Source: Bacillus phage Kirov. Taken from it: a stretch of DNA of 24,000 nucleotides. The translations under genes were made by a program, and so were the position numbers. Location of the stretch: the sequence record MW084976.1; one strand, given 5' to 3'. Below, one piece after another: positions 7,354-14,973 of this stretch; within the stretch, counting starts at the first letter, position 1, and the number at the start of each line of letters is the position of its first letter. Below the pieces are notes generated by a model, which saw only the letters and a program-made list of their open reading frames with translations, ran no database searches and was not told the DNA's origin.

Positions 7354-8418
7354 TTAATTTAATCTGTCGAAGATAAAATCGTTGTCAGTTAAAGGCTTGA
7401 CATTTACGGCTTTAATGTAACCATTTCCCTTTGTAGAGAAGAAATCGTGTGTCTTAGTAGACGTATTAAGACCGTTTAAAACGATAGGGTTAATGCGTTT
7501 CTCTGGGAATGTCGCTTCCAATCCCAAGTTTTGTAAAGCTTTGTTTGCATTGTAATACAAGAAGTCTTTTACTTCATGGTCAAGGTTAATGTCTGCATAT
7601 ACATCTTCTGTATATTTAAACTCATTACCCATCAATAGATACATTAAGTTATAGACTTCATTTCGTGCTTTCTCTTGCTCTTCTGGTGTGAATCGACCAA
7701 ATATTTCTTGTGCTAGTTTTCCAACATAAACGCCATGAATGCTCTCATCACGCAAGATTAAGTTAATAATCTCACCAGAAGCAACCATACGACCTTTACC
7801 GTCTTCTGCACCGCCACCACCTGCTAGGAATAGCGGGAAGAAGAAACCAGAATAGAATAAGAATGATTCAAGGAATACAGATGCAACCATTGCCATATAC
7901 AGACTATAATCATCTGTAATGTTTTCGTAGTAGCTTGTAACTACATTTGCTTTGAATTGCAAGTATGGATTCTCTTGCACCCATTCGAATACCTCATCAA
8001 TCTCTAAACCATTTAACAGCGTTGTAAAGATTGTAGAATAAGATTTCGCATGAATCTCTTCCATTGTTCCCATGAATGAAAGTACAGCTTTACGCTGATT
8101 GCCTTTGATAAATTCAGCAATACGTGGCATACCGATATTACCTTGCTTAGTATCTAATAGAGTAAGACCGCCAAGCACTTTACGATATACTTCTTTCCAT
8201 TCTGGTGAAAGAGATTTCCAAACCTTCGCATCCTTTGTAGGTGTAAATTCTGTGTCAATCCAAAACTGACTAATGTTTTGTTCCCAGAATTTCTGTGTGA
8301 AATCATCTTCTTCTTCATTCCAGTTTACTGCATCGTGTAAGGTATTTCTTACACCATGCAGTTTTTCAATTTGTAATCTAAGATTCTCGTTGCTAAATTT
8401 CAATGTGTTAAAGTCCAT
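7354..8418 (-). CDS. nrdF: Class Ib ribonucleotide reductase beta subunit
   Basis: FWEQNISQFWIDTEF, MEEIHAKSYSTIF, ILRDESIHGVYVG; full length. Confidence 0.97.
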   Translation of the reverse strand: MDFNTLKFSNENLRLQIEKLHGVRNTLHDAVNWNEEEDDFTQKFWEQNISQFWIDTEFTPTKDAKVWKSLSPEWKEVYRKVLGGLTLLDTKQGNIGMPRIAEFIKGNQRKAVLSFMGTMEEIHAKSYSTIFTTLLNGLEIDEVFEWVQENPYLQFKANVVTSYYENITDDYSLYMAMVASVFLESFLFYSGFFFPLFLAGGGGAEDGKGRMVASGEIINLILRDESIHGVYVGKLAQEIFGRFTPEEQEKARNEVYNLMYLLMGNEFKYTEDVYADINLDHEVKDFLYYNANKALQNLGLEATFPEKRINPIVLNGLNTSTKTHDFFSTKGNGYIKAVNVKPLTDNDFIFDRLN

Positions 8419-8433
8419 TATATAGTATCCTCC

Positions 8434-10521
8434 TTAAATTGTACAGCTAATGCAGTCATCAGCGTTCAAGTTTCTAGTTCTTGTATAGTACAGGCTCTTT
8501 AGACCTTTCTTGTGAGCGTAGATATACAATCTAGCCAACTCATTTGTTGCAATGTCGCTGTTAACGAATAGCGTACAACTAATGCCTTGGTCGATATGGC
8601 GTTGCCACGTTGCAATAACGTCCACCATGTCGTACATATCCATATCGTAAGCTGTTGTGTAGTACCAGTATGTATCACGATTTAGATAAGGCATTGGATA
8701 GTGTGTAGTGGAATCTCCATACACACGTGTTTCTACGTGCTCTGTGATTGGCATTAGACCACTTGTAGCTGAATGCACGTAACTGATATTTCCTGTAGGA
8801 GCAATCGCATTCAAGTACGCATGATACAATCCGTATGTTTGGATATCTTCGATTAATTGTTTCCAATCTTCGATAGTTGGAATCTCAATTCCTCTTAGAA
8901 TATCTTTAGCCTTTTCAGTTACAGGCTCATGACTGTTATGGATGTACTGCTCTAAGCCTTTACCTTTTGCATATGTACTCTTTTCAAAGTGTGCAAATGT
9001 TGTTCCACGTTCTTTAGCAATCTGCATAGAGCGTTCTAGAGAATGGAATCGGATTAATGCACCTAAAACATTTGCTAGGTCGATAGACTCTTCACTACCA
9101 TAGACTACTTCGTTCTTAGCAAGTAATCCATGCCAGTTCATAACTCCTAGACCAACTGAATGCATGTCATCGTTTGCCTTCTTAACCGATGGCACTTCAT
9201 CAATTGATGTGTCGTCTGCAACTGCTGTTAAAGCATCAATGCCAAGATGGATAGCTTCTTTTGCCATTCCGTTCTCAACTAGTTTAACAAGATTCAACGA
9301 CCCTAGATTACAAGAGATATCATATCCAAATACGTCATCGCCTTGATATCCTTTGATATCAGAAGGTGTTTGAGCTTGGAAGATTTCTGTACAAAGATTT
9401 GACATCTTGATACTAGATAAATCTCCTAAGTGATGTAAACGGTTAGCATTGTCACGATACATGAAGTATGGGTAACCAGATGCTAATTGAGTTTTAGCAA
9501 TCGTAGTTAACATATCACGTGCATCAAGCTTACGCTTTTTGATGTCTCTATCGTTTACTAACTTGTCATACCACTCATTCATATCCAATTCATCTAAGTG
9601 GATTCCATATTTTTTGAATACAGAATATGGCTTAAAGACGAAGAATGGTTCGTTTTTCTCTGCTAACTCGAAGAATTTGTCTGGGGCAATTACACCAATC
9701 GACAATGTTTTTAAACGCTTCTTCTCATCAACGTTGATTTGTTTTGTATCTAAGAAGTCTTCGATATCGTCATGGAAGATATTTAAATACGCAACACCGC
9801 TACCATTACGCTGTCCTAATTGGTTGAAGTGAGAGAAAGTATCTTCTAATAGTTTCGCAACACCAACAACACCAGAGGAAGCATTTTCTACACCTTTAAT
9901 TGGCTCACCACTAGCACGTAGCTTAGATAAGTTAAGACCAACTCCACCACCGAATCGTGATAACTGTGCAGAAGATTGTACAATGTACATGATACCTTCT
10001 GTAGTATCTGGACAATCTAGTAAGAAACATGAAACCATTCGTCCACTACGTTTACGTCCTGCATTTAGGAAAGTAGGAGTAGCAGGTTGATAGTTTTGAC
10101 TAATCAAGTTTCTCACATGTGCTTTCGCTTTTTCATAATTACCTTGTGCAAGATATAGAGCATTGATTGCTACTCGGTCTTCATAACGCTCTAAGAATTT
10201 CTTGCCATCATCTGTCTTTAACGCATAGTTGTTATAGAATTTGAAGGCAGACATAAACGATGGGAATCTAAATTTCTTCCCATATGCAATGTTAAATACT
10301 GTCTTCACTTGCTGATATGTATATTGATTAAGAATCTCTTCATCGTAATATTCATTCTCAATCAAGTAGTCTAACTTCTCTTTTAAATTATGGAAGAAGA
10401 CTGTGTTTTCGTTTACGTGACTAATAAAGTAATCACGCACCGCTTCTTTATCTTTATCAATTTGATAGAATCCATCTACTAGATTCTTTACTTCATTGTT
10501 TAGCTCAATGTACTTCGCCAA
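8434..10521 (-). CDS. nrdE: Class Ib ribonucleotide reductase alpha subunit
   Basis: NAGRKRSGRMVSCFLLDCPDT, NLCTEIFQ, CNLGSLNLVKLV, APTGNISYV, C-terminal LNADDCISCTI; TTG start after AAGGTGA. Confidence 0.97.
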   Translation of the reverse strand: MAKYIELNNEVKNLVDGFYQIDKDKEAVRDYFISHVNENTVFFHNLKEKLDYLIENEYYDEEILNQYTYQQVKTVFNIAYGKKFRFPSFMSAFKFYNNYALKTDDGKKFLERYEDRVAINALYLAQGNYEKAKAHVRNLISQNYQPATPTFLNAGRKRSGRMVSCFLLDCPDTTEGIMYIVQSSAQLSRFGGGVGLNLSKLRASGEPIKGVENASSGVVGVAKLLEDTFSHFNQLGQRNGSGVAYLNIFHDDIEDFLDTKQINVDEKKRLKTLSIGVIAPDKFFELAEKNEPFFVFKPYSVFKKYGIHLDELDMNEWYDKLVNDRDIKKRKLDARDMLTTIAKTQLASGYPYFMYRDNANRLHHLGDLSSIKMSNLCTEIFQAQTPSDIKGYQGDDVFGYDISCNLGSLNLVKLVENGMAKEAIHLGIDALTAVADDTSIDEVPSVKKANDDMHSVGLGVMNWHGLLAKNEVVYGSEESIDLANVLGALIRFHSLERSMQIAKERGTTFAHFEKSTYAKGKGLEQYIHNSHEPVTEKAKDILRGIEIPTIEDWKQLIEDIQTYGLYHAYLNAIAPTGNISYVHSATSGLMPITEHVETRVYGDSTTHYPMPYLNRDTYWYYTTAYDMDMYDMVDVIATWQRHIDQGISCTLFVNSDIATNELARLYIYAHKKGLKSLYYTRTRNLNADDCISCTI

Positions 10522-10539
10522 AAAAAATCACCTTACCCC

Positions 10540-10764
10540 TTATTTTAATGTCTCTTCTTGTTGTACTATCCAACCGCCTTCTGAAACTAATTCCAACACG
10601 TGTTCAGCTTCATAATAACAGTCACCCTCATCTAAATCTGTTTTCCATGTAACTAAATAATTACCATCTTCTAATTTATTAGCAACGAAAACAGTATAGC
10701 TATCGTCCTCAAACAACCATAAATCCTCATGTAACATAAATTTAAAACTCTCTGTCATATCCAT
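10540..10764 (-). CDS. Unknown small acidic protein embedded in the nrd operon
   Basis: About 74-aa ORF between nrdI and nrdE; RBS AAGGAG; start may be ATG 10764 or 10758 (track gives TTG 10767). Confidence 0.75.
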   Translation of the reverse strand: MDMTESFKFMLHEDLWLFEDDSYTVFVANKLEDGNYLVTWKTDLDEGDCYYEAEHVLELVSEGGWIVQQEETLK

Positions 10765-11116
10765 CAATCTCCTTCACTCTTTTAATAAACTCTTCAACAT
10801 CACTCTTAGTACCATCATTCTCAAATTTGAGCAAAAGAGGTACGTTAAACTGCTCTGAAATCTTCACGCCTGCTTCTGCAAACATTGGAATCCAGTTTCG
10901 ATTGCCACTGGATGCAACAGCCTTCATATTCATGAAGTTACCTCTTCTAAGGAATTTAGCTGTTGAGTCTGGGATTTTTCCTATACCTGTTGTGTAAGTA
11001 ACAAGTACGAATGGCTCTTTTACAATCAACCCTTCCTTGATTTTGATAGCTTCGAAACCCATTTTGTTAATGAATCTCTCAACGTTACCTGTGAAGCTAT
11101 CGTAAACTAGTATCAT
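10742..11116 (-). CDS. nrdI: NrdI flavodoxin-like RNR activator
   Basis: MILVYDSFTGNVERF, VTYTTGIGKIP, SSGNRNW; RBS AAAGGGGTGAT. Confidence 0.93.
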   Translation of the reverse strand: MILVYDSFTGNVERFINKMGFEAIKIKEGLIVKEPFVLVTYTTGIGKIPDSTAKFLRRGNFMNMKAVASSGNRNWIPMFAEAGVKISEQFNVPLLLKFENDGTKSDVEEFIKRVKEIDGYDREF

Positions 11117-11143
11117 TGAATCACCCCTTTCAATAGATTAATT

Positions 11144-11171
11144 CGAGAAACACAACATCTTGTGTCTCTCG
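11144..11171 (-). promoter_or_regulatory. 5'-leader hairpin of the nrdI operon (12-bp stem, GATG loop)
   Basis: Minus strand CGAGAGACACAA-GATG-TTGTGTTTCTCG (one G-U pair), between promoter and nrdI RBS. Confidence 0.75.
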
Positions 11172-11187
11172 GAATGACATACTACTA

Positions 11188-11216
11188 ATTATACCATTAT
11201 AATTAGCTTTTGTCAA
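11188..11216 (-). promoter_or_regulatory. Promoter TTGACA-AAAGCTAATTATAATGG-TATAAT
   Basis: Consensus hexamers, 17-bp spacer; upstream of the nrdI operon. Confidence 0.88.
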
Positions 11217-11643
11217 GAAGTGTGTTATGTTTCATTTTAGTTTCTAGGAGTTCTGCTACTGCACCAACTTCTCTATCAACTAGGTCAGAGATTGCATCGT
11301 ACAGCTCTTCACCAGTCATCTTTACGAAGCGTGGTTTAAGTTCAGAAAACCCACTGTTGATTGGAATCATAACATTTCCAAAAAACATTTCCTTTGGTCG
11401 TAACCAGTAGTTATTCTCAATATCTTTGTAGAAGCAAAGGATGCCTTCATATTTCTCACTTTCGAATGCGTAATGAGAGCCACCAGTTGCTTTGTCATGG
11501 ACTAATAGGACAGTTATCATTTCTTCTGTTTCTGTATGCTTTGCTACTTGATATACTTCAACTCCGACATTTTTATCTGGTATAAACTTGGTTGCATATC
11601 CTACCATGAGATATAAACCACCTTTATAATGTCTATAAATCAT
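11203..11643 (-). CDS. DUF1653-like protein
   Basis: YRHYKGGLYLMVGYATK...YWLRPKEMFFGNVMI matches the YRHYKG...WVRP-x-MF pattern; RBS TTAGGAGGGG. Confidence 0.8.
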   Translation of the reverse strand: MIYRHYKGGLYLMVGYATKFIPDKNVGVEVYQVAKHTETEEMITVLLVHDKATGGSHYAFESEKYEGILCFYKDIENNYWLRPKEMFFGNVMIPINSGFSELKPRFVKMTGEELYDAISDLVDREVGAVAELLETKMKHNTLLDKS

Positions 11644-11666
11644 TTCTACCCCTCCTAATTTAGTAA

Positions 11667-11699
11667 TATACAGGGAGTATCAAGCGATATCCCTGTATA
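11667..11699 (-). repeat. Inverted repeat (14-bp stem with single-base bulge, AAGC/GCTT loop)
   Basis: + strand TATACAGGGA-G-TATC-AAGC-GATA-TCCCTGTATA between the SPFH and DUF1653-like genes. Confidence 0.8.
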
Positions 11700-11717
11700 A
11701 AACCCGTCTTTTATCTA

Positions 11718-12545
11718 TTATTTCTTAGCATCTACAATCGCTTGACCTGTTTGGACTTCAACCCAACCATGTTGTAAGCGTGCTTCTGCTTCGATTTTTT
11801 GGATTAACTGTGGTGTGATTGACTCTTGGATTTTCTTGTTCGCATCCGCTTCTGCTTGTGCATCAATCATCTTCTTCTGTGCATTACCTTGTGCTTCAAT
11901 CTTTTGCTTTTCAGCAGTGATTTCAGCTTTTTGTTTTTCAACTTCTAAAGCTTTAACCTCTTGCTGTTTGTTTACTACTTGTTGGATAGCTTCTTTAGTC
12001 TGTGCATCGTATTCTGGTGTTCCTAATACTACAGATGTAACAGTGAATCCTTTCTTACCTACTTTCTTAGTGAAGGCTTCCATAATCTTAGTTTGAATCT
12101 CTGCACGATTAGAGTTAAGTTCTAAGATTGTGTATTTAGATGCTACTTCCGATGCAACACCGACCATGCTGTTACGTAAGTATCCTTTCTCTAAAGCTTC
12201 TGGTTTCTGTCCACGCCACTCACGATAAATGTCGTCAACCTTTTGTGGGTCGTTATGGTAGTCAAACACGATTGGAATTGTAATAGTCTTCGTATCTGCT
12301 GTTGGTAATGACAAGTTGTATTTAACTGTCTCAACTGAAATTGGGTATTCTGTAATCTTCGCAAATGGTGATACAAAGTTTAATCCTTCTGTTAATACTT
12401 CACTCTGTACTCCACCTTGCGTGCGGTCAAATACTACCCCTGCATGTCCTTGGCTTACAACCTCTGTAAAGTTTAACCATGCTGTTAATCCAACTACTCC
12501 AACTACTCCTGCAATAATTCCTCTTTTAGCTACTCGATTCAACAT
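11718..12545 (-). CDS. SPFH/Band 7 (prohibitin/stomatin-like) membrane protein
   Basis: N-terminal TM, SPFH-like core (QGHAGVVFDRTQGGVQSEVLTEGLNFVSP), long AEKQKIEAQGNAQKKMIDAQAEADANKK helix. Confidence 0.93.
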   Translation of the reverse strand: MLNRVAKRGIIAGVVGVVGLTAWLNFTEVVSQGHAGVVFDRTQGGVQSEVLTEGLNFVSPFAKITEYPISVETVKYNLSLPTADTKTITIPIVFDYHNDPQKVDDIYREWRGQKPEALEKGYLRNSMVGVASEVASKYTILELNSNRAEIQTKIMEAFTKKVGKKGFTVTSVVLGTPEYDAQTKEAIQQVVNKQQEVKALEVEKQKAEITAEKQKIEAQGNAQKKMIDAQAEADANKKIQESITPQLIQKIEAEARLQHGWVEVQTGQAIVDAKK

Positions 12546-12610
12546 AATATCATTCTCCCTTTTTTATAATTTTTTTGTTTTTATGTAAGAGTGTCATAGA
12601 CACGTGTTAC

Positions 12611-12685
12611 CTATTTTTTGATAAACTTACCAGATACCCACCAACCAACTGCTGATAGTAATATTAGCATTGTAACGTAGTACAT
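12611..12685 (-). CDS. Unannotated 24-aa membrane peptide MYYVTMLILLSAVGWWVSGKFIKK
   Basis: ATG-to-TAG ORF with AAAGGA upstream, a single hydrophobic segment plus basic tail, located between promoter 12731..12759 and the SPFH gene. Confidence 0.6.
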   Translation of the reverse strand: MYYVTMLILLSAVGWWVSGKFIKK

Positions 12686-12730
12686 TTGAGAATCACATCC
12701 TTTAAGTTTCTCTCTCAACCTTATGTACTT

Positions 12731-12759
12731 ATTATATCATTATTTTTTGTGCTTGTCTA
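12731..12759 (-). promoter_or_regulatory. Promoter TAGACA-AGCACAAAAAATAATGA-TATAAT
   Basis: Same family; upstream of the 24-aa peptide and SPFH gene. Confidence 0.82.
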
Positions 12760-12778
12760 CATCTTTTTTAAATCTTTT

Positions 12779-14920
12779 TTAAAAATCTCCTGCTCTTAGA
12801 TATTTTCCGACACCTGCATTTACAGTACGGTAATAATCGACAACATCTAAGTGCTCTTCTTTGACATCAAGATACTTGTGTACAAAGCTATCATTCTTGG
12901 ATTTCATTACTTGCACACCAATTGTAGTCTTGCTAGTCTTAGAGTTAATCATAGATGTGTTAAAGACAAGGATTTTGTCGATGCTAGACCATGCTACTAA
13001 ATCAATATCTTCATGGATATGATTAAAGTAGAGAGCCTTCTTACTTGCATAGGCATTCTTTATCATTTTTCGATTCGTTTTAGTTTCGTAGGCAGATAAT
13101 TCAATCTTCGCTACTTTACCATCTTTGAATCCAATCAATAGATTGCCTGTGTAATCATTTGTTACTGTTGCAAATAACACTTGCTCATTCTCTAATCCTA
13201 GTAGACTTGGCAAATACTCACCTAGTACAGATGGCTTATGGTCTTTGATATCATAAGTCTTATATTTGTAACAGTTGTAATTGTTAGTGAATACTAGAAT
13301 ATCTGAATTGTTAGTAGTTTCAATCTCGCTAACAATCTCATCGCCTTCCTTAATACTAATATTATAGTTTCCACGAAGAGATGTCAATGGTATTTTCTTT
13401 AAATATCCATCTTTTGTGATGAAAACTTTCACATTGTAATCATCAATTGTAACAGCTTGTTTCTCTGCTTTCGCAACTGCTGTTGCTTCAATGATTCCAG
13501 ACTTACGCTCTGTGCCATAATTCTTTTTAACTTCCTCTAGCTGACTGATAATCAAATCTGCAAGGCGTTTGCGATTAGCATGTAGTTCTACTAGGTCTAG
13601 AATCTCTGCTTCCAGAGTTTCAATTTCAGAGATACGTTGAAGTAAATACTCTTTATTAAGATGCTTTAACTTAATCTCTGCAACAAACTCTGCTTGCTTC
13701 TCATCAATCTTAAATGCGTACATTAAATTTGATATAACCTCATCGTTCTTTTTCGTTTCACGAATGATTCTGATAGCTGTATCAACATCTAATAACACTT
13801 GTTTTAATGCAAGCAACATATGACGTTTCTCGACCTTTTTCTCTTTATCAAACATTAACTCACGCTTGATAGATTCTGCTCTGAATCGCAACCACTCATG
13901 CACAATTCCTTTGATTCCCATCACTCTAGGTCTTCCATTGATAACAACGTTGAAGTTACAAGGATAAGTAGATTGTAAAGGAGTCATACGGAAAAGCTTC
14001 TCAACTAATGCTTCTTTATCTGTATTCTTCTTCACTGAAACTCTGATACCCTTAGAGTTGATACCGTAAATATCATTCACGTCAACTACATCTTTCAACT
14101 TGCCATCCTTTACAAGTTCTGCAACCTTTTCAATGATTGATTCAAATGTTGCTGTATAAGGCAGTTCTTCAAAGATAATCGCATCATCTTCAAACTTGTA
14201 TGTGGCACGAATTGTGAATGACCCTCTACCAGTTTCAAAGATTTTCTCAAATGTATTCTTATCATAGACCACGCTTCCACCTGTTGGGAAGTCTGGTGCT
14301 TTAATATAATCAGATACATTTGCTGTCTTTGGGCTTCTGATATATGCCATTGTGAAATCCAATACCTCATTCAAATTGAATGGAGCGATACTACTTGCCA
14401 TACCAACTGCTGTACCACTTTGAGGATTTACTAGAATCACAGGGAATGTTACAGGTAATAACTTTGGCTCTTTCAGAGTCCCATCATAGTTATCTACCAT
14501 ATCAACTGCATTCTTATTAATGCCTTTGAATAATTCCTTTGAGATAGGTTCTAGCTTTACCTCTGTGTAACGTGCAGATGCGTACTGCATGTTCTTCGAA
14601 TACTGCTTACCAAAGTTTCCTTTGGAGTCAATGAATGGATGCAATAGTGCTTCTGCATCTCTAGCCATACGTACTAGAGTCTCATAGATTGCACTGTCAC
14701 CATGAGGATGCAGGAACATTGTTTGCCCCACAACCCCTTGTGACTTCTTACGCCCACTTGTTAACAGCCCCATGTTTCTAGCTGTTACTAGAATACGTCT
14801 TTGTGAAGGCTTAAAACCATCAATCTCTGGCAAAGCCCTCTCTTGAATAACGTAAGCCGTATATGGCATATAGTTACTCTCCAACGCTTCTATAATACTT
14901 TGTTCAATTACTGTTACCAT
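12779..14920 (-). CDS. Type II DNA topoisomerase subunit A (GyrA/ParC-like)
   Basis: IDGFKPSQRRIL, TMFLHPHGDSAIY, catalytic-Tyr region YASARYTEVKLEP, GMASSIAPFNL, GIKGIVHEWL. Confidence 0.95.
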   Translation of the reverse strand: MVTVIEQSIIEALESNYMPYTAYVIQERALPEIDGFKPSQRRILVTARNMGLLTSGRKKSQGVVGQTMFLHPHGDSAIYETLVRMARDAEALLHPFIDSKGNFGKQYSKNMQYASARYTEVKLEPISKELFKGINKNAVDMVDNYDGTLKEPKLLPVTFPVILVNPQSGTAVGMASSIAPFNLNEVLDFTMAYIRSPKTANVSDYIKAPDFPTGGSVVYDKNTFEKIFETGRGSFTIRATYKFEDDAIIFEELPYTATFESIIEKVAELVKDGKLKDVVDVNDIYGINSKGIRVSVKKNTDKEALVEKLFRMTPLQSTYPCNFNVVINGRPRVMGIKGIVHEWLRFRAESIKRELMFDKEKKVEKRHMLLALKQVLLDVDTAIRIIRETKKNDEVISNLMYAFKIDEKQAEFVAEIKLKHLNKEYLLQRISEIETLEAEILDLVELHANRKRLADLIISQLEEVKKNYGTERKSGIIEATAVAKAEKQAVTIDDYNVKVFITKDGYLKKIPLTSLRGNYNISIKEGDEIVSEIETTNNSDILVFTNNYNCYKYKTYDIKDHKPSVLGEYLPSLLGLENEQVLFATVTNDYTGNLLIGFKDGKVAKIELSAYETKTNRKMIKNAYASKKALYFNHIHEDIDLVAWSSIDKILVFNTSMINSKTSKTTIGVQVMKSKNDSFVHKYLDVKEEHLDVVDYYRTVNAGVGKYLRAGDF

Positions 14921-14944
14921 TGTACCAATCCTTTCTATGTTTAC

Positions 14945-14973
14945 ATTATATCATTATCTTTGGCGTTAGTCAA
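14945..14973 (-). promoter_or_regulatory. Promoter TTGACT-AACGCCAAAGATAATGA-TATAAT
   Basis: Same family; upstream of the topoisomerase A subunit, overlapping the 3' end of the B subunit gene. Confidence 0.83.

Noticed and set aside
9539-9832. Plus-strand 97-aa ORF and other plus-strand ORFs inside nrdE, topoisomerase and SPFH genes
   Set aside because: Fully antisense to conserved coding genes with clear family motifs.
8434-10521. Possible intron or intein in nrdE/nrdF
   Set aside because: Both ORFs are continuous with normal motif spacing and near-typical lengths; no endonuclease or splicing signature.
12588-12600. Small palindrome GTGTC-TAT-GACAC upstream of the SPFH gene
   Set aside because: Only a 5-bp stem with no repeat elsewhere noted; too weak for an operator or terminator claim.
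12762-12795. A/T-run region after the topoisomerase A stop as a terminator
   Set aside because: Only AT-only imperfect repeats (AAAAAAGATTTAAAAAAGAT) with no GC-containing stem.
14110-14370. Minus-strand 86-aa ORF in an alternative frame within the topoisomerase A gene
   Set aside because: Nested in conserved coding sequence, with no RBS support.
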